The position numbers and the translations under genes were made by a program. From an uncultured Isosphaeraceae bacterium (GTDB taxonomy: Bacteria > Planctomycetota > GCA-002687715), in contig CAZDQF010000012.1 in assembly GCA_964507445.1 (NCBI GenBank), positions 65,989-129,988 of the forward strand: a DNA stretch of 64,000 nucleotides, written 5' to 3'. How positions within the stretch are numbered: the first letter of the stretch is position 1; every line of letters begins with the position of its first letter. Shown one piece after another: positions 1-11,095 of the stretch. The notes beneath the pieces are model-generated. The model saw nothing but the letters and a program-made list of their open reading frames with translations. It ran no database searches and had not been told where the DNA came from.

Positions 1-608
1 TGTCCGGGTGCGGAGGGCTCGTGATCGGCGGTAGCCTCCTCACTCGGGTTGGTGGGTTCCCCGGCGGTGGCGCCGACGGCCGCTTCGCGGGCGGGAGTTC
101 GGGGCGCGCCGTTGTCGTCGTCGCCGGGCCACACAGCGAGGCCGATGATCAGCGCCGCCACGGCTCCTACCCCCAGGGCGACGGGGGCCAGGTTGCGTTT
201 GTGCTGGCGGGCGCGACCGCCGGCGCCGACGACGGTCTTCGGATGGGACTCCCCTCCGCTGGCGTGGGAGCTGGCAGGCGCTGCTCTTGCGGGGGAGGCG
301 GCTCCCGTCTCGAGCCACGCGGTGACCTCGCCACCGAAGGTGATGGTGTCTTCGGGGGACAGCTTCGTCGGACGGAAGATCGGGACGCCGTTGACGAGGG
401 TGCCGTTGCTGCTGTCCAGGTCGGTGATCTGGATCGCGTCTCCGACGCGCTCGATCTCCGCGTGGAGCCGCGACACCCGGTGGTCGCTGATGCGGACGTC
501 AGCCTCATCGCCCCGGCCGATCCGTAGGCGGCCACCGTGAAGATCATGCATGGCACGCTCGCCTGCATGCTCGACGACCAGTCGTGTTTTGGGGGCATCC
601 TGGGTCAC
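1..608 (-). CDS. FHA domain-containing protein, partial (C-terminal part runs off the window start); contains a predicted TM helix
   Basis: Manual translation of the minus strand from about 608/551 downwards gives ...RLVVEHAGERAMHDLHGGRLRIGRGDEADVRISDHRVSRLHAEIERVGDAIQITDLDSSNGTLVNGVPI..., a canonical FHA fold signature (GR...D..I.D..VSR.HA.I......I.DL.S.NGT.VNG). A hydrophobic segment LAPVALGVGAVAALIIGLAVW follows. There is no stop before position 1. It is missing from the ORF track because it leaves the window. The start is uncertain (GTG about 608 or ATG 551). Confidence 0.55.
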   Translation of the reverse strand, partial: MTQDAPKTRLVVEHAGERAMHDLHGGRLRIGRGDEADVRISDHRVSRLHAEIERVGDAIQITDLDSSNGTLVNGVPIFRPTKLSPEDTITFGGEVTAWLETGAASPARAAPASSHASGGESHPKTVVGAGGRARQHKRNLAPVALGVGAVAALIIGLAVWPGDDDNGAPRTPAREAAVGATAGEPTNPSEEATADHEPSAPG

Positions 609-798
609 GTTGGTCTCCGGGTTGGGATCGGAGGACGACAGCGGCTCGTACGACCGATGTTAGCGCAAACCCCATGCCCGGTAGCGGTTGATGTTCGCGT
701 CATAAGTGCATTCGAACGCGATTCTTGGGTCGCCGTCAGAATCCTCGGTGGTGGCCCGGTGTAAACCGTGATTGACAACCCCGGAGATGGGCCCGGCG

Positions 799-2937
<2,139 letters not shown>

Positions 2938-2983
2938 TCGTAGCACTCTACCAAGTGTTGAAAGGGTAAGGACTTCCGGGGGC

Positions 2984-5167
2984 TTACCACACCTGGTCTT
3001 CGCGGATTTCAAGATGCGAGTGGCGCAGCACCAGCGTCCGTCGCCCCTCGTCTTCGAAGTCCACCACCACCTTGCGATCCAGGCCTCGCCCACGTCCTCG
3101 AAGGCCGACCACGGTCCCCTTGCCGTAATCCGGGTGCCAGACCGGCGCTCCATTGGCGAGCCGCGCCAGGGGAGAGTCTTCGTCTTCCATCTCGAAGCCG
3201 CCCCCGTGGCTGCGGTGGTCGGTCGCGCCGGTGTCTCCGAAGTGCTCGACGCCGTCCTGGCCGATCTCGTCGAGGAAAGGGGAGGGCGTCGCCAGCGTCG
3301 CGCGACCGAACCGGGTGCGGCTCCCCGCCCACGTGATGACCAGGCGCTTGCGGGCCCGGGTCATCCCCACGTGCATGAGCCGCCGCTCCTCCTCGTACCC
3401 GTGGGTCGAGTCCATGGACATGGCGTGAGGCAACATCCCGTGCTCAGCCCCGACCATGAAGGCCACGTCGAACTCAAGTCCCTTGCTCGTGTGGAGCGTC
3501 ATCAAGGACACGGCGTCGTCCTTGCGCTCCGTTCTGTCCAGGTCCGTGAGCAGCGCCACCTGAGCGAGGAACTCCGAGAGCCCTCCCTGGTGGGTCCGGT
3601 CGAACTCCTCCGCCAGGGACACGAGTTGCCCGATGTTCTGATGGGGGTCCAGGGAGCCGGACCTGGTGGCCTTCTGGCTCCAGTAGGCTTCGTACGTGGT
3701 GACGTCCAGGACGATGCGGATGAACCGGGCCACCGGCAGGTCGCGGTGCGCGTCCAACTCGGTGAGCCGTTTGGAGAACTCCTGGAGCGCCGTGCGCGCG
3801 CGCTTGGGGAACTCCGAGAAGGCGTCCGGGTCACGCAGCAGGGCGCCGATGGGGGTCCCGGTCTCCGCCGACAGCTCGAGCACCCGTTGCCTGGTCTGCT
3901 TGCCGATGCCCCTGGGGGGTACGTTGAGCACCCGGGAGAGGGAGACCGTGTCGGATGGGTTGGCCAGGAACCGCAAGTAGCCCAGGAGGTCCTTGACCTC
4001 CGCTCGTGCGAAGAACTCGAGGCCCCCCACCACGACGTAGGGGATGCCTCGGCTGACCAGGGCCCGTTCGATGGGCAGGGACAGGGCGTTGGTGCGGTAG
4101 AACACCGCCATGGACCCGCGCTCGAACCCCTCCGACTCGAACTCGGTCACCGCCTGGGCGATGGCATCCGCCTCCTCGTAATCGTCGCGGAAGGACACCA
4201 CCCGCACGGGCTCACCCTCGCCCGCGTCGGTCCACAGGTCCTTGGGGATGCGGTGGCGATTGCAGGAGATCAGGGTGGAAGCGGCGGTCAGGATGCGGTT
4301 GGTCGAGCGGTAGTTCTGTTCCAGTCGCACCAGGGCGGCGTCCGGATGATCCTCGAGGAAGCGGTCGAACTGCTCCGGCTCAGCGCCCCGCCAGGAGTAG
4401 ATGGACTGATCCTGGTCGCCGGTGACGCAGAGGTTGTGGCCCTCGCGGGTGAGGACCCTGACCAGCTCGTATTGCACCTTGTTGGTGTCCTGGAACTCGT
4501 CCACGAGCACGTGTGTGAGGCGCCGAGTCCACCGCTCCCTGATGTCGTCATGGTCCCGCAGCAGCAGCAGCGCCCGTAGCAGCAGATCGTCGAAGTCGCA
4601 GGCGTTGGACTCGGCGAGGGCGGCGTCGTAGCGGGCGTAGGCTCCCGCCAGCTCCTGTTCGATGGCACCCGTCTCTTCCGCGATGGCCTCCTCCGGAGTC
4701 ACCAGGCGGTTCTTCCATCGTCCCACCTGGTTGAGGATTCGCTGCGGCTGGTGGACCTCCGGGTCCAGCTCCAGTTGCTCAACCACACGCTTCATCAACG
4801 CCAGGCCGTCGGCGTCGTCGTAGATGGAGAAGTCGCTGGATCGACCGACGGACGGAAACTCCTCGCGCAGGAACGCGGCGCAGAAGGAGTGGAAGGTGCT
4901 CAGCCACACCCCGGCTCTGCCCACCAGGGAGTCCACCCGGTCCCGCATGACCCTCGCGGCCTTGTTGGTGAAGGTGACCCCGAGGATCGAGGAGCCCGGG
5001 ATTCCCTCACGAACCATGTGCGCGATGCGATGGGTGATGACCCGTGTCTTGCCGCTCCCTGCCCCGGCCAGCACGCAGAGAGGGCCGTCCAGCGCGGCGA
5101 CGGCCGCGGCCTGGGACGGGTTCAGGGGGTCGAGGATGGGGTCTTGCGGGAATGTAGGTTCAGCCAT
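2984..5167 (-). CDS. uvrD: ATP-dependent DNA helicase, UvrD/PcrA/Rep (SF1) family
   Basis: Walker A GAGSGKTRVITHRIAHM, motifs VDEFQDTN, TLHTSKGLEFD, and a UvrD-like C-terminal extension. Likely start is MAEPTF at 5167, with ATG verified in the sequence. Confidence 0.88.
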   Translation of the reverse strand: MAEPTFPQDPILDPLNPSQAAAVAALDGPLCVLAGAGSGKTRVITHRIAHMVREGIPGSSILGVTFTNKAARVMRDRVDSLVGRAGVWLSTFHSFCAAFLREEFPSVGRSSDFSIYDDADGLALMKRVVEQLELDPEVHQPQRILNQVGRWKNRLVTPEEAIAEETGAIEQELAGAYARYDAALAESNACDFDDLLLRALLLLRDHDDIRERWTRRLTHVLVDEFQDTNKVQYELVRVLTREGHNLCVTGDQDQSIYSWRGAEPEQFDRFLEDHPDAALVRLEQNYRSTNRILTAASTLISCNRHRIPKDLWTDAGEGEPVRVVSFRDDYEEADAIAQAVTEFESEGFERGSMAVFYRTNALSLPIERALVSRGIPYVVVGGLEFFARAEVKDLLGYLRFLANPSDTVSLSRVLNVPPRGIGKQTRQRVLELSAETGTPIGALLRDPDAFSEFPKRARTALQEFSKRLTELDAHRDLPVARFIRIVLDVTTYEAYWSQKATRSGSLDPHQNIGQLVSLAEEFDRTHQGGLSEFLAQVALLTDLDRTERKDDAVSLMTLHTSKGLEFDVAFMVGAEHGMLPHAMSMDSTHGYEEERRLMHVGMTRARKRLVITWAGSRTRFGRATLATPSPFLDEIGQDGVEHFGDTGATDHRSHGGGFEMEDEDSPLARLANGAPVWHPDYGKGTVVGLRGRGRGLDRKVVVDFEDEGRRTLVLRHSHLEIREDQVW

Positions 5168-5369
5168 GACGGGGTCGTCGGGCGCCTCCTCGCGATCTGT
5201 GGCCCGTGTGGTAGCGTCTCGACACAACGGTCACGCACGGAGCGGGTTGAGAGACTTGCTGAAGTTCACTCTCAATCCCGCGACACGTCGCGAATCCGAC
5301 ACCGAGGTGTAAGATATTCGTATTCGACCAGTTTATCCCGCGACGCCTCGGGCCCGTTGGGTAATCGGG

Positions 5370-6125
5370 TTGTTGATGAACATGAACGAGCCAACACCAC
5401 CATCAAGTGATCAGGCAGCGGACGGCGCGAGGTTCGCTCGCTACGAGTTGAAGATCGTGCTCGCGCGGGCGGAGGCGGAGCTGGTCCAGGCCTGGGCGAC
5501 TTCCCGCCTGGCACCGGATTCCTTCGGTGACGCGGAGGGGCGCTACGAGGTCCGCACCGTTTATCTCGACTCCCCTGAACTCGAGATCTACCAGCGCCTG
5601 GGTGACGAGCCGGGTACCAAGTTCCGCGTCCGACGCTACGGCGAGGAGGGCGAGGTCTGGCTGGAGCGCAAGCGGCGCCGAGGAGACCGGGTCCGGAAGC
5701 TGCGGGCCAAGTGGCCCCTGGCAGACCTCACGACGCTCCTGGACGGGCGCGGCTCGCCCCGGCAGTGGCCCCGCCGTTTCCAGGATGCGGTGAGAGGCCG
5801 TGACCTCGCGCCCGTGCTCCTCGTCGTGTACCCCCGCTCGGCGTTCTCCGGCGAGGGCGACATCCGCCTCACCCTCGACTGGGGGGTGAAGGTCTGGCGC
5901 ATGCGGGTGGATGAGGACGTGTTCAGCCCCAAGGGGGATCCGACAGAGGTCACCACGGACGTGATCCTGGAGTTGAAGTTCGACGGCGACATGCCCGAGC
6001 TCTTCGCCGAGCTGATGACCATGCTCGGCCGAGACGTGGGGAGCTTCTCCAAGTACGGGCGCGGTGTGGAAGCGGCTGGGTTGGCGGTGACCAGCGATTC
6101 GTCAGACTCTCCTGATGATGAGTAG
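5370..6125 (+). CDS. VTC (polyphosphate polymerase-like, CYTH-type) domain-containing protein
   Basis: N-terminal ARYELKIVL motif typical of bacterial VTC domain proteins. Paired with a downstream DUF4956-like membrane protein, a widespread conserved gene pair. The start may be slightly downstream. Confidence 0.55.
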   Translation: MLMNMNEPTPPSSDQAADGARFARYELKIVLARAEAELVQAWATSRLAPDSFGDAEGRYEVRTVYLDSPELEIYQRLGDEPGTKFRVRRYGEEGEVWLERKRRRGDRVRKLRAKWPLADLTTLLDGRGSPRQWPRRFQDAVRGRDLAPVLLVVYPRSAFSGEGDIRLTLDWGVKVWRMRVDEDVFSPKGDPTEVTTDVILELKFDGDMPELFAELMTMLGRDVGSFSKYGRGVEAAGLAVTSDSSDSPDDE

Positions 6126-6810
6126 TGACGCGATCGCCTTGGCGGACCTCTTCGCCTGGTCCCGCGACGACATCCTTGACGCCGTCTCCCGACTGCTCCT
6201 GTCGTTGATCCTGGGTATCGCCGTCTCTGGTTTCTACGCCTACTCCGCGCGGCGACGGCCCGAGGCCATGGCACTCGGCGGCACCCTGGTGCTCCTCTCC
6301 GTGCTCATCACCATGGTGACCATGGCCGTGGGGGAAAACACCGCGGTGGCGTTCACCCTGGTCGGCACCCTGGCCATCGTCCGTTTCCGGACCACCGTCC
6401 GCGATATCAGGGATACGGCGTTCGTCATCTTCGCCGTGGCGGTGGGTCTCGCCATCGGCGCGGGGAATCCCCTGGTGGCGGTGGTGGGCGCGGTCATCGT
6501 CGGTTTCTCCTCTATGGTCATCGCCAGATTCGGCGGCGACGCGCCCATGGACGACGCCCCCGTCCCGGGCCGACTTTCCATGCGCCTCGAGGGCCCCGGC
6601 CCTCACCAGGGGCCGGTGGAGGCGTTGCTGAAGGATCGGGTCCGGCAGTTCCGGCTCCTCGAAGTCCGCCTCGATGGACGCGGCAACACCCGCATGGCCT
6701 ATGAGGTGGACGGGGCGGCCGAGGACGGGGCCGGGCTGGTGGCGGCCCTCGACTCCGTCGACGGTGTGTTGCGGGTCAGCCTGTCCTTCGGCGCGCCAGA
6801 GGACATCTGA
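6115..6810 (+). CDS. DUF4956-like integral membrane protein (partner of VTC domain protein)
   Basis: Multiple hydrophobic helices. Start overlaps the VTC gene stop (translational coupling). Assignment is by conserved synteny with the VTC domain protein. Confidence 0.5.
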   Translation: MMSSDAIALADLFAWSRDDILDAVSRLLLSLILGIAVSGFYAYSARRRPEAMALGGTLVLLSVLITMVTMAVGENTAVAFTLVGTLAIVRFRTTVRDIRDTAFVIFAVAVGLAIGAGNPLVAVVGAVIVGFSSMVIARFGGDAPMDDAPVPGRLSMRLEGPGPHQGPVEALLKDRVRQFRLLEVRLDGRGNTRMAYEVDGAAEDGAGLVAALDSVDGVLRVSLSFGAPEDI

Positions 6811-6828
6811 TCGACCCTGTCCTCGCGC

Positions 6829-9789
6829 TCAGGCTCCGAAGTCGATGACCACGTTGGTGACCTGCGGCAGCGTCGGTACCGGCGCCCCCACGGGCACCAC
6901 CGGGTAACTCAGGGTGATGCGCATGCGGATGAACCGGTTGCCGCTGAGGGTGTAGATCTGGGATCCCGGAACGGCGGCGGTCACGGTGGTCAGGTTCGGT
7001 TGCGTAGGATTGGTGACGCTTCCTTGCGCGGCCTCGTAGAGGATGGTCACCGTCCCCGTGGTGCCGCTGACGAAGGTCTCCGTGGCGCCGGTGAACGTGG
7101 GGTTGGTGAAGCCGGTATCGAGGAACTCGGACGTGGCCGTGTCCTCGATGGTGTTCGGGTTGCCCGGCACCATCATCACGGAGACGTTGGCTCCTCCGAG
7201 GACGTTGCCCAGCGGTTGGAAGAACGACGCGTTGACCATCCCGTCAGCGTCCTCGAACTGGTAGAGACCCACGCCTCCGGACCCGCCCAGGTGACTAGAA
7301 CAGGAGCTGCCCATACTCCCGCCGGCCACGCTCAAGGTCGCCGACGAGGAGATCTGGATCTGGGCCAGAGACTGCATCCAGAGCATCCCGCCGGAGCCGG
7401 CGCCGCCGTTTCCTCCGAAGAAGAGGTTCCCCTGACCGCCGTCTGCGCCTTCGAGGGTGATGACGGCGGTAGGGTTGAGTTGGATGACCCCCGCCGCGCC
7501 CACATAGAGACCGCCTCCGCCGCCGCCTCCGCCGCCGCCCTGATCGTCGTTGGGTGCCCCCGTCAACTCGAAACGGTCACCGCCGCCGCCCCCTCCTGAA
7601 CCGGCCGAGAGATTGCCGACGGGGAGGACCATGGCTGACGGGACCGGCGCCGCCAGGGCCACGGTCTGCACCGTCGGCACTAACGGCACGCATAGGCCTG
7701 ATATCTGCGAAAGCTGGTACGGCCCACCGTTGCCACCCTGGGCCCAGGCGGAGCCCCCGGCCCCGCCGAGGCCTCCGAGCTCACCGACCATCCCGCCAGC
7801 CGGGAACCGGAAGCCGCCGCCGCCACCGCCGCCGCCACCGAAGGTGGGGTTGGCTCCGGAGGGACCCGTGTTGGGAACCCCGGCCTCCGGCGGACCGAAC
7901 CCGGATTCACCCTGCGCCGTGCGGGTGAGGTACCCCGACTGGGAGGCGCGCCCTCCGTTGCCTCCGCTGACCCCGGCGACGCCGCCGCGAACCACGGAGT
8001 TGGCTGCGCTCGCACCGTTATTGAACCCGCCGCTGCCAGGGCCTTGTTCAGGACTTCCGGTAGGGGCCGTCGAAGACATGCCGGCGTTGCCGCTGAGCGT
8101 GCCGTCGATGAACACCTGGCCGCTGCATCGGATGTGTGCCCGTTCCGTTCCGATGATGCGGACGTTGGCGCCCGGGGCGACGAATACGGTGTGCGGCTGC
8201 CAGAGCCCTGCGGCGAACCCCGTTGATGGCGGCGCGCCGGTGTCCAGGGTCCCGGATCCGGGAGGGAGCGTCATGAGCCCGAAGCTGCCGTCGCCTCCGA
8301 TCACGGTGCCGTTGAGGCCGGCGATGCTCAATGCGCCTCCGCCCCAGGTCATGAGACTGCCGACCTGGGCTGCGGATGCGCTGGAGTTGAAGTTCTCCGT
8401 CAGGGGTGGCTGCGGCGTCGGGGCGGCCCCCTGGGTGACGAACAGCAGCGGCGCGCCCGGGCTCCCGGGGACCAGCTCTACCGGATTCCCCGCCGGGTCC
8501 GTGACCACCGGGTCCACCTCGAATCGGAACGTGGACCCGGCCGACAGGGGGCTGGCGGCGACGTACTCGATGCGGGACCCGGGGCCCAGGGCGCCCCCTG
8601 GTCCGGTGTAGGTGACGCTGCCGGGGATCTGGATGCCTCCCAGCGTGACGTTCACCAGCCGCACCGTGGTGATGTCCACCGTCCCGCCGAGCAATCCCTC
8701 GTTGAGGGTGACGCTGACGGTGTTGGCGGCGATGGAGCCCACCGGGATTGCTGCCGGAGCGGGATTCGCCATGGCGGGCACGGTCCCGATCACCTGAGGT
8801 GAACCGGGAGAGACGTCCGTGAAGGAGGCCCCCGGATTGGCGGCGGAGCACGGCCTCGTCATGAAGCAGGCGTTGATGCTCCGGGTGATGGGGCTGCCGG
8901 CCACGGTCACCACCGGGCCGCCGGCGGTGACGTCCGGGACCTGCACCGTGTACTGGGAACCCGGAGCGAGGCCGGCGCCGTTGCAGGTGAGCGCGCTCCC
9001 CGCCACGGCGGGGAGGAACACCACCAAGCGCTGGTTCCCCGCAGGCAGCAGAGGATCGTCCTGCACGAAGAACTGCCCGGCGGCGTACTCCGGACCCGAC
9101 GGAGTGGTGCGGAAGATGTTGATGGACCCCGATGCCGATCCGGCGGTGGGGAGCGATGAGGGGTCGACGGGTCCGCCGAACATGAACGTGAGGTCGTTGT
9201 TGAGGAAGACCCCGCCGATGCAGGTGCCGGTCCCGTTGATCACGCCTCCGTTGTTGGACCAGAACGGAGCGGAGACACCGCCCACGTAGACCGCTACGGG
9301 TTCCACCACCATCGGGGCGAAATCCAGCGCCGCCGTGAGTCGCAAGCCTGTGGCGGCGGCGGGGTCCGTGACCACCGCCTGTAGCCCTACTGGCGCGACC
9401 GCGCCGGCGCCGCCGCCGTTGAAGAAGCTCACCTGGAAACTGCCGCTCCCGTTGAGTTGAGCGATGGGTGCGGTGGGGGAACCGGGAGTGAGACCGTCCA
9501 GGACCACGGAGAAACCCGATGCCGTGTAGTCCAGGTCCACGAGGCCTTCTGGGAGGGTGGAGAACCCGGCCGAGACAGTTCCGGCTCCAGCCAAGAATGG
9601 GGTGTTGGATGCCGCGGCGCTTCCTTGCAGGGTCAACTGCACGACGGTGCCTCGCAGACCACCCAACTGGACGGGGTAGGGCGGGCCCCCGAGGGCGCCA
9701 TTGGCTGTCAGGCTTGCGGTCGAGGCATTGGGTTGCTGCGCGCAGAGGCAGATCGCCAGAGCGAGGCTGATGACTGTTATCCGGAACAT
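6829..9789 (-). CDS. Secreted glycine-rich repeat protein (unknown family; paralog of 52203-54902)
   Basis: Signal peptide MFRITVISLALAICLCAQQ. Poly-Gly runs (G9-G10) and GNLFFGGNGGAGSGG, FRFPAGGMVG, VGLYQFEDADGMV blocks shared with the second copy. Ser/Thr/Gly/Pro-rich throughout. Confidence 0.7.
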   Translation of the reverse strand: MFRITVISLALAICLCAQQPNASTASLTANGALGGPPYPVQLGGLRGTVVQLTLQGSAAASNTPFLAGAGTVSAGFSTLPEGLVDLDYTASGFSVVLDGLTPGSPTAPIAQLNGSGSFQVSFFNGGGAGAVAPVGLQAVVTDPAAATGLRLTAALDFAPMVVEPVAVYVGGVSAPFWSNNGGVINGTGTCIGGVFLNNDLTFMFGGPVDPSSLPTAGSASGSINIFRTTPSGPEYAAGQFFVQDDPLLPAGNQRLVVFLPAVAGSALTCNGAGLAPGSQYTVQVPDVTAGGPVVTVAGSPITRSINACFMTRPCSAANPGASFTDVSPGSPQVIGTVPAMANPAPAAIPVGSIAANTVSVTLNEGLLGGTVDITTVRLVNVTLGGIQIPGSVTYTGPGGALGPGSRIEYVAASPLSAGSTFRFEVDPVVTDPAGNPVELVPGSPGAPLLFVTQGAAPTPQPPLTENFNSSASAAQVGSLMTWGGGALSIAGLNGTVIGGDGSFGLMTLPPGSGTLDTGAPPSTGFAAGLWQPHTVFVAPGANVRIIGTERAHIRCSGQVFIDGTLSGNAGMSSTAPTGSPEQGPGSGGFNNGASAANSVVRGGVAGVSGGNGGRASQSGYLTRTAQGESGFGPPEAGVPNTGPSGANPTFGGGGGGGGGFRFPAGGMVGELGGLGGAGGSAWAQGGNGGPYQLSQISGLCVPLVPTVQTVALAAPVPSAMVLPVGNLSAGSGGGGGGDRFELTGAPNDDQGGGGGGGGGGLYVGAAGVIQLNPTAVITLEGADGGQGNLFFGGNGGAGSGGMLWMQSLAQIQISSSATLSVAGGSMGSSCSSHLGGSGGVGLYQFEDADGMVNASFFQPLGNVLGGANVSVMMVPGNPNTIEDTATSEFLDTGFTNPTFTGATETFVSGTTGTVTILYEAAQGSVTNPTQPNLTTVTAAVPGSQIYTLSGNRFIRMRITLSYPVVPVGAPVPTLPQVTNVVIDFGA

Positions 9790-9867
9790 GTGGAGGCCCT
9801 TTCCTCGTCCAAACGCGCCCCGGTAGCATGACAGATGGTGGGCCGCGAGCGCAAGACAGCTATCGGA

Positions 9868-11085
9868 TCAACCCTTGACGCAGACGACCTGCTTCAAGGT
9901 GGCGACGACCTCCACGAGGTCCGACTGAGCCTCCATGACGGCGCGTATGTCCTTGTAGGCCATGGGGGTTTCGTCGATGACCGCGCTGTCCTTGCGACAC
10001 TCTATGTCACGGGTGGCGTTGATGTGGTCGTCCACGGAGAACTTCCGCCGGGCCTCTGTGCGGGACATGGCGCGGCCGGCGCCGTGGCTGCACGAATGGA
10101 AGCTGTTGGGGTTGCCTTTGCCGCGAACGATGAAGGACTGGGCGCCCATGGAACCCGGGATGATGCCCAGCTGCCCCTTGGCGGCGGAGACCGCTCCCTT
10201 ACGGGTCACGAAGACCTGCTCGCCGAAGTGGGTCTCCTGCTCGACGTAGTTGTGATGGCAGTTCACCGCCATGAGATCCGCCTTGAAGCGCGGCAGGTCC
10301 CGGTTCCGGCGGAGCGTGTCCAGCACCAGGCTCATCATCAACTCGCGGTTCTTCAGGGCGAAGCGCTGGGCCCATGTCACCGCTTCGGTGTAGTCGTCAA
10401 AGTGACGCGCCCCTTCGGTGAAGTAGGCCAGGTTCTTGTCAGGGAGATTAGCGATGTGCTGGCGCATGTCTCGTTGCGCCAGGTTGATGAAGTGGGTCCC
10501 GATGCGGTTGCCCACCCCGCGGGAACCGGAGTGGAGCATCACCCAGACGGCGCTGTCCGTATCGAGGCAGACCTCGATGAAGTGGTTGCCCGTCCCGAGG
10601 GTCCCCAGGTGTTCGCAGTGGCGGCCACGATCCAGCTTGGGGTGCTTGCCCACGATCCGCTCGTAGCCCGGCCGCAGCTTCCTCCAGGTGTCCGCCACGG
10701 CCGCGGGAGGCTCGCGCCAGGAGCCGCGGTCGCCTTTGCCGCCGCCCGAGGTCCGACCGTGGGGGACGGCCTTCTCGATGGCGGACCGGACCCCGCCGAG
10801 ATGGTCCGGCAGGTCGGCTCCTTGCAGCGAAGTCTTGACGGCCATCATGCCGCAGCCGATGTCCACCCCCACCGCCGCCGGGATGATGGCCTTGCGGGTA
10901 GGGATGACGCTCCCGACGGTGGCGCCCATGCCCCAGTGAACGTCGGGCATGGCCGCGACCCAGCGATGGATGAACGGCAGGCTGGCCACGTTCTTCAGCT
11001 GCGTCAGCGCGCTCTCCTCTACCGGGACTCCACGGGTCCATGCCCTGATGGGGACGCCGGCGGTGTCGATGACCTGCTCGTTCAC
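9868..11085 (-). CDS. rtcB: RNA-splicing ligase RtcB
   Basis: Conserved RtcB metal-binding and active-site region (DVHWGMG, HNYV, NATRDIECRKDSAV). Typical length of about 405 aa. Confidence 0.88.
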   Translation of the reverse strand: MNEQVIDTAGVPIRAWTRGVPVEESALTQLKNVASLPFIHRWVAAMPDVHWGMGATVGSVIPTRKAIIPAAVGVDIGCGMMAVKTSLQGADLPDHLGGVRSAIEKAVPHGRTSGGGKGDRGSWREPPAAVADTWRKLRPGYERIVGKHPKLDRGRHCEHLGTLGTGNHFIEVCLDTDSAVWVMLHSGSRGVGNRIGTHFINLAQRDMRQHIANLPDKNLAYFTEGARHFDDYTEAVTWAQRFALKNRELMMSLVLDTLRRNRDLPRFKADLMAVNCHHNYVEQETHFGEQVFVTRKGAVSAAKGQLGIIPGSMGAQSFIVRGKGNPNSFHSCSHGAGRAMSRTEARRKFSVDDHINATRDIECRKDSAVIDETPMAYKDIRAVMEAQSDLVEVVATLKQVVCVKG

Positions 11086-11095
11086 TCTGGTCTTC

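Noticed and set aside
609-798. Sigma-54 -24/-12 promoter search in intergenic regions (here, upstream of the giant genes, and at 5228-5369)
   Set aside because: No clean TGGCAC-N5-TTGCW match found by eye. It cannot be excluded without a proper position-weight-matrix scan.
8048-9829. 593-aa minus-strand ORF (Arg-rich) and plus-strand ORFs 7550-8611 and 7000-7599
   Set aside because: Alternate frames of the glycine-rich protein gene (6829-9789), which has a signal peptide and a conserved paralog. These frames give Arg/Pro homopolymeric nonsense.
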